Positions 16,546-24,426 of a stretch of DNA of 32,000 nt are shown piece after piece; within the stretch, counting starts at the first letter, position 1, and the number at the start of each line of letters is the position of its first letter. The stretch is from assembly GCF_000446015.1 (NCBI RefSeq), contig NC_022093.1:150001-182000 (forward strand). Direction: 5' to 3'. The position numbers were made by a program, and so were the translations under genes. The stretch comes from Thermofilum adornatum (GTDB lineage Archaea; Thermoproteota; Thermoprotei; Thermofilales; Thermofilaceae). The notes beneath the pieces were generated by a model. It searched no databases and was not told the origin of the DNA. It saw nothing but the letters and a program-made list of their open reading frames with translations.

Positions 16546-17400
16546 TTATTTTGACAAAGTTGAAGCTTGTGGCTGTACCCTGTCTTTCCAGTACAAGCCG
16601 CGGGACTTCACGATTGGGAACAAGATGACACCGAGAATTGGTGACAGAACCGCGTTTACAGTAATGTTGTTTATAAGGATCGACGTTGCAATGATAGCCC
16701 ATATAACGAACAGTGGTAGACCAACGACGTTTTGCATTATGTCTAGCCACCAGCAGATGTAGAGCGCACTGACAAACGCCTGAACAATGACGCCCCAGAT
16801 GTAGAACTCGCCAATGGATGAAGCATTAGAGAAACTGTGGTCCCTGACAAATTTGTAGGGTATATATGCTATCAGGAAGTTTCCAATGAAGCCTCCTATT
16901 GAGCCGACGCCGAAGTAGCCCGAGAGTATGTCTGCAAGGAGATTGCCTATCGCGACTCCTACAGCTCCTGGAATCCCAAAAAACATTCCGAATAGTGGAG
17001 CCAGAGAGTTTGCCGGTCTTAGCCAGGTAAAGCCCGGCACAATTGTTATGGGAGCCGTAGCCGCCAGAAGTCCTCCATATACAGCCGCGCTAAGTGCAAC
17101 GAGAGCTATGTCAATAACGCTCCAGTCTCCAATCCCCATCCTGTTCTTTGCAAGACCTTTTGACGTAATAGTGTAGCCTGCAATTTCTAACAAGAAGACA
17201 ATGGTACCAAGGATCCAAACGATGGCGCCAATAGCGAAGACAATGCTGTGTGCAGACATGAAGAACTGGGATATTGGGAAAATGCTCCATGGATCCTTTG
17301 GATTTGTCTGGAGGGCCTGCCAGAAGCCATAGAAGATAGCTATGACGATTAGTAGCCCTATTGCTATTGAAAGGTAATATAGGATTTTTGTGGTGTTCAC
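16546..17400 (-). CDS. ECF-type substrate-capture (S) component with an N-terminal 2-TM extension, QueT/HmpT-like; substrate unknown
   Basis: 284 aa. RPANSLAPLFGMFFGIPGAVGVAIGNLLADI resembles the conserved S-component core. It lies directly upstream of ecfT-ecfA-ecfA on the same strand. Confidence 0.6.
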   Translation of the reverse strand: MNTTKILYYLSIAIGLLIVIAIFYGFWQALQTNPKDPWSIFPISQFFMSAHSIVFAIGAIVWILGTIVFLLEIAGYTITSKGLAKNRMGIGDWSVIDIALVALSAAVYGGLLAATAPITIVPGFTWLRPANSLAPLFGMFFGIPGAVGVAIGNLLADILSGYFGVGSIGGFIGNFLIAYIPYKFVRDHSFSNASSIGEFYIWGVIVQAFVSALYICWWLDIMQNVVGLPLFVIWAIIATSILINNITVNAVLSPILGVILFPIVKSRGLYWKDRVQPQASTLSK

Positions 17401-17483
17401 AATATGTAAAAATATGAGAAAAATATAAATCTTTTCTGTTGAAAACTGAAATAAAATTTAAAAAGACCAGGCATAAAAATGTT

Positions 17484-18899
17484 TTAAAACTTACTTTCGA
17501 GTCCCTCCACGCTTAAAATTTCAAGAGAGAAGTCCCACTCGTTATAGTAGAGGTTTTTCCCTGTTGTTTCGACCTCTCCTCTCTGACTATCAACGGGGTC
17601 GGATCTGAGGTGTTTCTTAGGAGGGTCGAACTGTGTATACACCTCGATATTAGAGGCAAGCCTGTAGCCTTCGATGGAGCCTAGATAGAACTGATGTCTC
17701 CACTCTCCCCCCTTTCTCTTGTTCCCAAAACTTGGGTCAGCATAGAGCCAGCCATATGGCTCAAGATAGAATTGTGCCCAGTCATGCATCCCTGGCGAAA
17801 GAGGATTCATGTACCACCCGGACTCCCATCTGGCCGGTATGCCTGCTAGCCTGCAAAGTGTGATAAATAGTAGCGCTTGCATCCCACAGTCTCCCCGTTT
17901 CTCGCTAGCTACATATTCTGGGATATTGTCGTACAGAAGGTAGTCTTTGGCATAAGTGTATCTAACATTCCCCGTCACCCATTCCCATATCCTCTTCACC
18001 TTTTCGTAGGGGGTAGACGCTCCCCGTGTAATTTCCTCGGCGAGCTTCCTCAAAGGCTCTGTGAAGGCAATGTGTGGGGGTCTCTCAGAGGTATATTCCC
18101 TATACACCTCTGACTCCGTGTCGATATATGCCTCTTTGGGGTCTATCTCCACGTGGAAGCCCCTTGAGACAAAAGTATATTCGATCCAGACCTCTCTTTC
18201 TTCTCCTTCAAGCTCGAAATATACAGTCCGCTGAGGATGATCCGGTGGAGCAATATACTTTGGCTTCTTGCTTGCGTCTAGAATTCTTACACTAATATTT
18301 GTTGTCTCATCCCGTGGCAAAGGAATCCAGACCCTGACGACCTCGCCGTATTGATGGGCAGGGTTTCTGAGAGATATAGACGCTTTAACGTGATATTTCA
18401 ACGGGAGCACGAAACCTCCTCCCTTCTCTTTAGCGGCCTTAAGTACTCTTTCTGCCCTCCACTTCAATACTAACTCTCCTGCATCGCTTCGCTCATCATT
18501 TTTTGCTCTTTTTCTTTGCTTAAGGTCGCCACAAAGCCAATACGTGTTTGCCTTGAACCTCCTGTGGATCCTCAGAGACCCCTCGAGAATAATGAAGTCA
18601 ATGCACCCCCTCTTTAAAAGTTCATGGAATTCTTCTTCCCTTAAATCCCATATGTCTTTCCTCAGAGCTCTGAACGCCTCGTCAGACGAGAAGGGGTACT
18701 CATAGCCCAGCCTATTTAGCCTTTCAATCTCTATTTCGAGGCGCTCTCTCAGAGGGGGACTCGAGTCCTGCAAGTAGGCAAGAATTAGCTTCTTTGCCTC
18801 TTCAGCCTTGCCTTCCCTAATAAGGGATCCTATTTCGGTTGGCAGTTTTTCCTTTAAGGGCAACAAAATATTTGGATACGTCTGAGAATAACTAGGCAT
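17484..18899 (-). CDS. Transglutaminase-like cysteine protease/transferase-fold protein, cytoplasmic
   Basis: A Cys-His-Asp triad context is present: RGDCGMQALLF, GMHDWAQFY and GWLYADPS. No signal peptide or TM segment is visible. Confidence 0.8.
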   Translation of the reverse strand: MPSYSQTYPNILLPLKEKLPTEIGSLIREGKAEEAKKLILAYLQDSSPPLRERLEIEIERLNRLGYEYPFSSDEAFRALRKDIWDLREEEFHELLKRGCIDFIILEGSLRIHRRFKANTYWLCGDLKQRKRAKNDERSDAGELVLKWRAERVLKAAKEKGGGFVLPLKYHVKASISLRNPAHQYGEVVRVWIPLPRDETTNISVRILDASKKPKYIAPPDHPQRTVYFELEGEEREVWIEYTFVSRGFHVEIDPKEAYIDTESEVYREYTSERPPHIAFTEPLRKLAEEITRGASTPYEKVKRIWEWVTGNVRYTYAKDYLLYDNIPEYVASEKRGDCGMQALLFITLCRLAGIPARWESGWYMNPLSPGMHDWAQFYLEPYGWLYADPSFGNKRKGGEWRHQFYLGSIEGYRLASNIEVYTQFDPPKKHLRSDPVDSQRGEVETTGKNLYYNEWDFSLEILSVEGLESKF

Positions 18900-19038
18900 A
18901 ATTGTTCAGTCTTTGCCTTGCTATTAAAGCTATTAAATTTTGTTTCCGGGGAAAGGCACAGTGTAATCCTCAGCTATGAAAATGTTTTCGTTCTTGAGGC
19001 ACTAAGTTTATTAACATGAATTAATACTATTTAATTAC

Positions 19039-19707
19039 TTGGTGTTGAGCATCAGGTTAGCCCTTCTAGGTCCCCCGGGCGTGGGCAAAGGAACATATTC
19101 AAGCATTCTAAGCAAAGAGCTTCGTATTCCACACTTATCCACTGGTGAGCTATTGAGAAGAGAAATCAGCATGAAGACTGAGCTGGGAAGAGAAGTTGAG
19201 TCCTACGTTTCACGGGGACTACTCGTCCCAGACAAGATAGTAAACGATATAGTTGCAAAAAGACTGTGCGCTAGTGACTGTGCTAATGGCTTTATTTTGG
19301 ATGGATACCCTAGGACACTTCCCCAGGCAGTATTTCTTGAAGAACATTTTCCACTTGACAAAGTTGTCCTTCTCCAAGCAAGCCTAGAAACAATCATAGA
19401 AAGGATATGCGGGAGACTATACTGCCCAAACTGTGGAGAAACTTATCATGTCTCCTGGAAACCCCCCAAGAGGGACAACATATGTGACAAGTGTGGTGCA
19501 AAGCTAACTAGAAGAACAGATGATTCGCCAGAAGTCATCAAGAGAAGGTACGAGGAATATCTTGCAACAGTATCACCGGTGGTAGATTTTTACAAAAAGC
19601 TTGGGAAACTTGTTCCTTTTAGGGCAGAAGGCGACTCTCAGATCCTCGCATACAGTTTGCTGAGGGAATTGTCGAGCTCGAGAACAGAAATACTGGTAGA
19701 AAAATAG
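19039..19707 (+). CDS. adk: Adenylate kinase, bacterial/eukaryal long type with a zinc-binding LID
   Basis: P-loop LLGPPGVGKGT, STGELLR and GFILDGYPRT, with a LID reading CPNCGETYH...CDKCGAKLTRRTDD. No ATG start exists; the candidates are TTG 19039, GTG 19042 and TTG 19045. Confidence 0.88.
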   Translation: MVLSIRLALLGPPGVGKGTYSSILSKELRIPHLSTGELLRREISMKTELGREVESYVSRGLLVPDKIVNDIVAKRLCASDCANGFILDGYPRTLPQAVFLEEHFPLDKVVLLQASLETIIERICGRLYCPNCGETYHVSWKPPKRDNICDKCGAKLTRRTDDSPEVIKRRYEEYLATVSPVVDFYKKLGKLVPFRAEGDSQILAYSLLRELSSSRTEILVEK

Positions 19708-19739
19708 ATTTTTGAGCATTTTTGTATATACAAACATAG

Positions 19740-20273
19740 ATGGAAAGCCAAATTGGAAGATTTCAAGTAATGGCTCTACTCCAGGCGGCCCGCTACTATG
19801 TCTTGACAGGTGACCTAGAAAAAAGCTACTCTTTTGGATTAAACAGAGCTATATTCTATGCTTGGGCCAAAAGGAGAGGAGTCCCAGTCGCCGCTTCCCG
19901 TCAAAGGCTGGCAAGAGATGTTTCCATGGAAAAAGACGAGGAGGGCAAAACTATAGTATATGTGGGTGACGAAGCAGCCTACCTCGGCAAAAACGGCTGG
20001 TTCACTATGGGCGACCAAGACCAGACACCAGAGCTATTTGAGAGAGAAGTAAAAAACAGGATTGAGAGAATTATGCCTTTTGAGGATGCCTGGAGGCTGG
20101 CTGTAGAGTACGTCAAGTCGTTTGATAAGAAGACTCTGCTTAGCCAGAAAGATTTTTACGAGAAGGTGTATCTACCGGTTCGAGATACTTTCCCAAATCT
20201 CCCAAAGAAAAGCAACAAACAATTGTCGCTTCTAAGTTTCGGCAGTGAGACTCGGGATCAGTCTCCGCCGTAG
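19740..20273 (+). CDS. Hypothetical protein
   Basis: 177-aa ORF starting 32 nt after adk on the same strand, with no motif I recognise. Its last ~16 nt are antisense to the C/D sRNA candidate. Confidence 0.6.
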   Translation: MESQIGRFQVMALLQAARYYVLTGDLEKSYSFGLNRAIFYAWAKRRGVPVAASRQRLARDVSMEKDEEGKTIVYVGDEAAYLGKNGWFTMGDQDQTPELFEREVKNRIERIMPFEDAWRLAVEYVKSFDKKTLLSQKDFYEKVYLPVRDTFPNLPKKSNKQLSLLSFGSETRDQSPP

Positions 20274-20310
20274 CCCTCACAACTCGGTCCTAGCAAACCT
20301 CATCATCAGA
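20255..20310 (-). ncRNA. C/D-box sRNA candidate (2'-O-methylation guide)
   Basis: The minus strand reads g-ATGATGA(C)-ggtttgctagga(12)-CCGA(D')-gtt-GTGAGGG(C')-ctacggcggaga(12)-CTGA(D). The layout is exactly the canonical 7-12-4-3-7-12-4. C' positions 3-6 (GAGG) pair with D' CCGA as G.A, A.G, G-C, G-C. Confidence 0.6.
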
Positions 20311-20327
20311 AATTTATCTAGACAGCA

Positions 20328-20810
20328 CTAAATTAAGTGTATTTCCTCGTCGTCCTCGTCCATCTGGAAGAGGTGGAGGAATGCACCCCAGATCAATATA
20401 TTCTTGGATGCTTCCTCGACTCCTCCTGGATAATACTTCTCAATTATTTCTCTGAATTCATCTACACTAATCTTCTTCCTCTGTTTCAGTAACCCTAGGA
20501 TCTCGCCAAGTGGCTCAACGTTTGCGATTGCCCCTTTTAATAGGCGTTTCAGGCTTTTTGGATCGCTCCTAGCAACTTTTCTGCCAAGATCCGTCAAGCG
20601 GAGGTTTCCGGAATGAGACTCTACTAGACCCAGTGCCTCTGCAACGTCAATTGCCTTGGGGAGAATCTTTATGTTTTCATAAACCGCGTCGCCAACATAC
20701 ATAGAGTCAATCTGGCCTCCTGCACTATTAAGTACTTCTACTAGTCCTAGTACGTGGTCGGGGGAAACGTCTCGAGGCAAGACAACTTTTTTCTTTGACT
20801 CACTTGACAC
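20328..20810 (-). CDS. Stand-alone 'AAA-associated C-terminal domain' protein (COG4754/PF09821-like), normally fused to NitT/TauT ABC ATPases
   Basis: 160 aa. LPRDVSPDHVLGLVEVLNSAGGQIDSMYVGD...ILPKAIDVAEALGLVESHSGNLRLTDLGRKV matches the family pattern as I remember it. It is divergent from the ABC permease/ATPase pair. Confidence 0.55.
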   Translation of the reverse strand: MSSESKKKVVLPRDVSPDHVLGLVEVLNSAGGQIDSMYVGDAVYENIKILPKAIDVAEALGLVESHSGNLRLTDLGRKVARSDPKSLKRLLKGAIANVEPLGEILGLLKQRKKISVDEFREIIEKYYPGGVEEASKNILIWGAFLHLFQMDEDDEEIHLI

Positions 20811-20904
20811 CTTAATTCTTCACCTTGCCTAAGATAATTCTTTGCTAAGATTTTTATTCTTTACGGTTTTGTCTTTGTAAGTTGAATAATGGCTGGCTGA
20901 GACA

Positions 20905-22404
20905 ATGGGGATCCTCGACCTGATGGTTGCATTGGGCTATAGCCTTGCTAGGATGCTAGTTGCCTACATAATATCAGTATTATTGGCTCTCCTCGTAGGT
21001 TCAGCTATGGCCAGAAACAAGTTAATAGAGGCTGTAACTTTACCTATCCTAGACATACTCCAATCCATACCTATCTTGGGGTTTTTCCCAGTCGTTCTCG
21101 TGTTTTTTGTAGGAAATCTTCCAAAACCCTTTGGTCTAGAGGCTTCAGCAGTCTTCCTTATTATTACCAGCCTCGTGTGGAACATGATTTTCGGGGTATA
21201 CGCATCCATAAAATCGCTAGACCCCTCGATATTCGACATGGCACATGTTTATTCCTTTGGGCCGGCATCCAAGTTCTTCTATATTTATACCCCTGCCTCG
21301 AAATCGGCTCTTCTCGCAAATACCCTGGTATCCTGGGCCGGCGGATGGTTCTTCCTAACATCTGCAGAGGTTATCTCACTAGGAGAAGAGGAATATAAAC
21401 TCAGAGGAATCGGAACCTTTATCCTTGAAAGCTTCAACAGTGGGGACTTTACTAGTTTCTATATGGGTATAGGGGGGCTGATCCTAACGATACTATTAAC
21501 CTACATTATCTTATGGAATCCTGCGATTGTTTCCCTCTGGAATCTGCCATTACTAAGCATCAAAATTGTCTATGAAAAACTCTCATTAATTGTCTCTATG
21601 CTATGGAACTTCATCAAAGAAGTCTTCATATTTATAGAAAAGAAAGTAACAGTTCCGAAAGTCTTCTCAAAGGCAATTGGGTTGTTTTTCGCGGTTTTCA
21701 TTTTTTACTATCTTTTAAAAGGTTTTACCGGGCTCTTAAGCTTGGACATTTATGATGTAGCGTTGAACTTTGCCCGTGAGCTCCCGATAAGCTTGTTTCA
21801 TGTCTTCTTAGTTCTCATTTTTTCCTTCCTTTTATCCCTTGGGATAAGCTATGCCACCTACAAGAGTAGAGAAATGGGATACATATTTACACTGAGCGGA
21901 GAATTGCTGGCATCAATTCCAGCTATCATTTGGTGGCCCCTACTGGCTCAAATCGCCTTGGCATCAAGCCTAGGCCCATACCTTGTCTCGCTTATTGTTC
22001 TATTACAGGGAGCCGCTTGGTATCTCTTCTTCAATATTATAATTTTTGGCCTTTCCAACATTAGGAGGGAGCACGAAGAACTTGCACAAGTATACAAGAT
22101 AAAAGGATGGTATTTTGTAAGGACAATTTTCCTTCCATCAATCTTTCCGGCAGTGGCAAGCGGGCTGTTGAGCGCCTGGGGCGGGGCTTGGAATGCAACG
22201 GTCGTTGCAGAGTACGTGGTTTTGTCGGGGCGAACTTTCGACATGGGTGGAGTTGGAGCCTTGCTTAATAGATACACAGTCGAAGGTAAGACTACAGAGG
22301 TTGCTCTAACCGCACTTCTCTTATCGCTTGTAATCGTGATAATAAATAAAATGGTCTGGTCGAGAATTTTCTCAAGGATAAGTAGTGGCTATACAGGTGA
22401 ATAA
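20905..22404 (+). CDS. ABC transporter permease, duplicated (NitT/TauT-type, COG4986-like)
   Basis: 499 aa with about 12 TM segments forming two permease-like halves. It is followed 2 nt later by the ATPase gene. Confidence 0.75.
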   Translation: MGILDLMVALGYSLARMLVAYIISVLLALLVGSAMARNKLIEAVTLPILDILQSIPILGFFPVVLVFFVGNLPKPFGLEASAVFLIITSLVWNMIFGVYASIKSLDPSIFDMAHVYSFGPASKFFYIYTPASKSALLANTLVSWAGGWFFLTSAEVISLGEEEYKLRGIGTFILESFNSGDFTSFYMGIGGLILTILLTYIILWNPAIVSLWNLPLLSIKIVYEKLSLIVSMLWNFIKEVFIFIEKKVTVPKVFSKAIGLFFAVFIFYYLLKGFTGLLSLDIYDVALNFARELPISLFHVFLVLIFSFLLSLGISYATYKSREMGYIFTLSGELLASIPAIIWWPLLAQIALASSLGPYLVSLIVLLQGAAWYLFFNIIIFGLSNIRREHEELAQVYKIKGWYFVRTIFLPSIFPAVASGLLSAWGGAWNATVVAEYVVLSGRTFDMGGVGALLNRYTVEGKTTEVALTALLLSLVIVIINKMVWSRIFSRISSGYTGE

Positions 22405-22406
22405 GA

Positions 22407-23144
22407 GTGCAACCCATAATCTCTATTAGGAACGTTGTAAAGACATTCAAGGAGGGGGGCAAGGCACTCCCAGTCCTAGAAGGGATTACATTTGACATCG
22501 GCGAAGAATTTGTCGCAATCTTGGGGCCAAGCGGATGCGGAAAAACAACTTTGTTAAGGATAATTGCCGGCCTAGAAAAGGCGGACAGCGGCGAAATCGT
22601 TTTCACACACAAGGACGCACAAATAGGATTTGTTTTTCAGTCTCCAACTCTACTGCCATGGATGACTGTTCTAGAGAATGTAGCCCTGCCGCTAAGGGTT
22701 AGGGGAATGTCGTGGAAGGAGGCAGAGGAAAAGGCTAGGAAGTACCTATCACTCGTGGGCCTACAGTCTTTTGAGAACTTCTATCCCCGCGAGCTTAGCG
22801 GCGGGATGAAGCAGAGGGTTAATATCGCGAGGGCCCTGGCTATAGAGCCTCTCATTCTCCTAATGGATGAGCCTTTCAGCCAGCTGGATCCCTTGACAGC
22901 GGAGTCCCTGAGGTCAGAGGTTTTAGATATGTGGCAGTGGGGTGTCACGAGTGTCCGTACAATAGTTATGGTCACGCACAATGTTGACGAGGCAATCTTC
23001 ATGGCAGACAGGCTTGTGATTTTTACAGCTAGACCAGCCAAGGTAGCAGCAATTATCCCCGTTGAGATCCCAAGACCTAGGGATAGAAGGTCTCCAGAAT
23101 TCCAGAAAATAGAGGACAAAGTCTACGAGTATATAAGTGCATAG
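22407..23144 (+). CDS. ABC transporter ATPase (NitT/TauT family, TauB/SsuB-like)
   Basis: GTG start. Walker A GPSGCGKTT, the Q-loop FQSPTLLPW, LSGGMKQR, Walker B LLMDEPFSQLD and the H-loop VTHN. Confidence 0.88.
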   Translation: MQPIISIRNVVKTFKEGGKALPVLEGITFDIGEEFVAILGPSGCGKTTLLRIIAGLEKADSGEIVFTHKDAQIGFVFQSPTLLPWMTVLENVALPLRVRGMSWKEAEEKARKYLSLVGLQSFENFYPRELSGGMKQRVNIARALAIEPLILLMDEPFSQLDPLTAESLRSEVLDMWQWGVTSVRTIVMVTHNVDEAIFMADRLVIFTARPAKVAAIIPVEIPRPRDRRSPEFQKIEDKVYEYISA

Positions 23145-23172
23145 CCCGTAGTTTTTCCTTTACTGCCAGAAA

Positions 23173-23181
23173 TTTTTATAA
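23173..23181 (+). promoter_or_regulatory. TATA-box candidate for the downstream C/D sRNA
   Basis: TTTTTATAA, centred about 25 nt upstream of position ~23203 and just before the C box at 23206. Confidence 0.45.
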
Positions 23182-23202
23182 CAACACATGTGTTTTTAGC
23201 TA

Positions 23203-23262
23203 TGTATGATGACCCGATGGCTGAATGAGAAAAACGATGATTGAAAGGTAAGCTTCTGATAC
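23203..23262 (+). ncRNA. C/D-box sRNA candidate (2'-O-methylation guide)
   Basis: ATGATGA(C, 23206-12)-cccgatggctga(12)-ATGA(D')-gaaaaacg-ATGATTG(C')-aaaggtaagctt(12)-CTGA(D, 23256-59). Both spacers are 12 nt. C' AUGAUUG pairs with D' AUGA as G.A, A.G, U.U, U-A. It has its own TATA box. Confidence 0.55.
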
Positions 23263-23616
23263 CTATTCTCTACACTTTGAACCAAGCTGTATGTATTCTG
23301 TCTCTATGTCTGGAGCTTCAACAACTAATGCAATTCCTTCACGGCCGTGCGGCCTATAGGCATTATGCCACTCGTCTACAACATATATTTTCCCTGGGAG
23401 CATTTTTACCTCTTCAATTCTTGAACCATCTTGGCTTAGGACTAGAACAATTTCTCCCTTTACGAGAAAGAATAGCTCTGGCCTGTTATGTTTCTCGAGG
23501 ACGGTTACTTCTTCAAGAGAAGTATTTTCTGGTATGTAAATGCCTACCTGCCATTTGTTTTCTTCCCTGAAGACGACTTGCCACCTTTCTTTACTATTTG
23601 CCTCTATAACCTTCAT
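23263..23616 (-). CDS. Small cupin-fold protein (degenerate metal motif)
   Basis: 117 aa. LEKHNRPELFFLVKGEIVLV...GKIYVVDEWHNAY resembles the two cupin motifs. It is the last gene of the Lrp-DNPH1 operon. Confidence 0.5.
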   Translation of the reverse strand: MKVIEANSKERWQVVFREENKWQVGIYIPENTSLEEVTVLEKHNRPELFFLVKGEIVLVLSQDGSRIEEVKMLPGKIYVVDEWHNAYRPHGREGIALVVEAPDIETEYIQLGSKCRE

Positions 23617-23645
23617 AAATACCGTTTTACATATTCAAGAACTGT

Positions 23646-24416
23646 TTAAAGGTTTTCCTCTGTCTCTTGCATTTGCTTCTCGATTATTTTGATCCCTTTT
23701 TCACGAGACACTTGGAGAACTATGTTCTGTATCTTCTCCATTGTTTCCGAGAGCTCTTCAGGGGTAGAAGAGTAAACTGTAAAGGTTAAAGGAAAGCCTT
23801 TGCCTGTGTAAAATCTTCCATCGAGCCTTGGGAAAACATTCCTTACTTCTCTCCTGACTGCATTTATAACTTCATTGGCTTCAGTTATCTGGCACTCTAG
23901 ATCTAATGAGAACGTTACTGAAAATTTTTTGCCCGTTGACTGCCTAAAAAAGTCTTGTATTCCCTTCTCGAAAGCCTCGATGGTTTCCTCAAACCTAGGC
24001 GGCGTCGCCGCTACGAATTTTTCGCTTTCCAGGCTAAAAGCCACAAAGGATGGAACCGGTCCCCTCTCATTTGGAATTACATAGCTGAACTCTGGCATAA
24101 CTGCGAGGTCCTCTAGGTTTTTCGGCAACTCAGCTTTGTCCATATAGAAGCTTTTCACTAGTTCGAGGGCGTCCGCGTTTACCTCTGTCCCCAAGCCAAG
24201 AACCTTTGCAACCTTGCTGACGAGTTGGGGGTTCCCAGCAACCCCTGCAAGAATAATGGCATCGACCTGCTGAAAGACATCCTCTAGCCTCTCAATCGAG
24301 AAGTTTTGTTCAACAGTTATATCCGTGAGGCCTATGGCTTCTAGGTATCCTTTTAGCCAGCTAAGAAGCTCATCAGGGTGTTCAACCTGTGGCATCGCGA
24401 GAATAGCTATCTTCAT
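23646..24416 (-). CDS. CinA-like / MoCF-biosynthesis-fold (COG1058-like) protein with a degenerate active-site loop
   Basis: 256 aa. The layout MKIAILA...VDAIILAGVAGNPQLVSKVAKVLG...ELVKSF...LAVMPEFSYVIPNERGPVPSF parallels the CinA N-terminal domain (..TTGGLGPTxDD..ALLPEGA..PNPxGTAPG), but the GGLGPT loop reads AGVAGNP. Confidence 0.45.
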   Translation of the reverse strand: MKIAILAMPQVEHPDELLSWLKGYLEAIGLTDITVEQNFSIERLEDVFQQVDAIILAGVAGNPQLVSKVAKVLGLGTEVNADALELVKSFYMDKAELPKNLEDLAVMPEFSYVIPNERGPVPSFVAFSLESEKFVAATPPRFEETIEAFEKGIQDFFRQSTGKKFSVTFSLDLECQITEANEVINAVRREVRNVFPRLDGRFYTGKGFPLTFTVYSSTPEELSETMEKIQNIVLQVSREKGIKIIEKQMQETEENL

Positions 24417-24426
24417 TTCTGTCTCC

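Noticed and set aside
18450-18499. ATGATGA-12 nt-AGGA on the minus strand
   Set aside because: It lies inside the transglutaminase-like CDS, with no acceptable C' box and no terminal CTGA.
22292-22612. A 106-aa minus-strand ORF spanning the permease/ATPase junction
   Set aside because: It is antisense to two well-supported ABC genes, including the Walker A region, so it is a shadow frame.
23241-23570. A 109-aa plus-strand ORF
   Set aside because: It is antisense to the cupin gene, which fits the operon structure better. Its 5' end would also overlap the C/D sRNA candidate.
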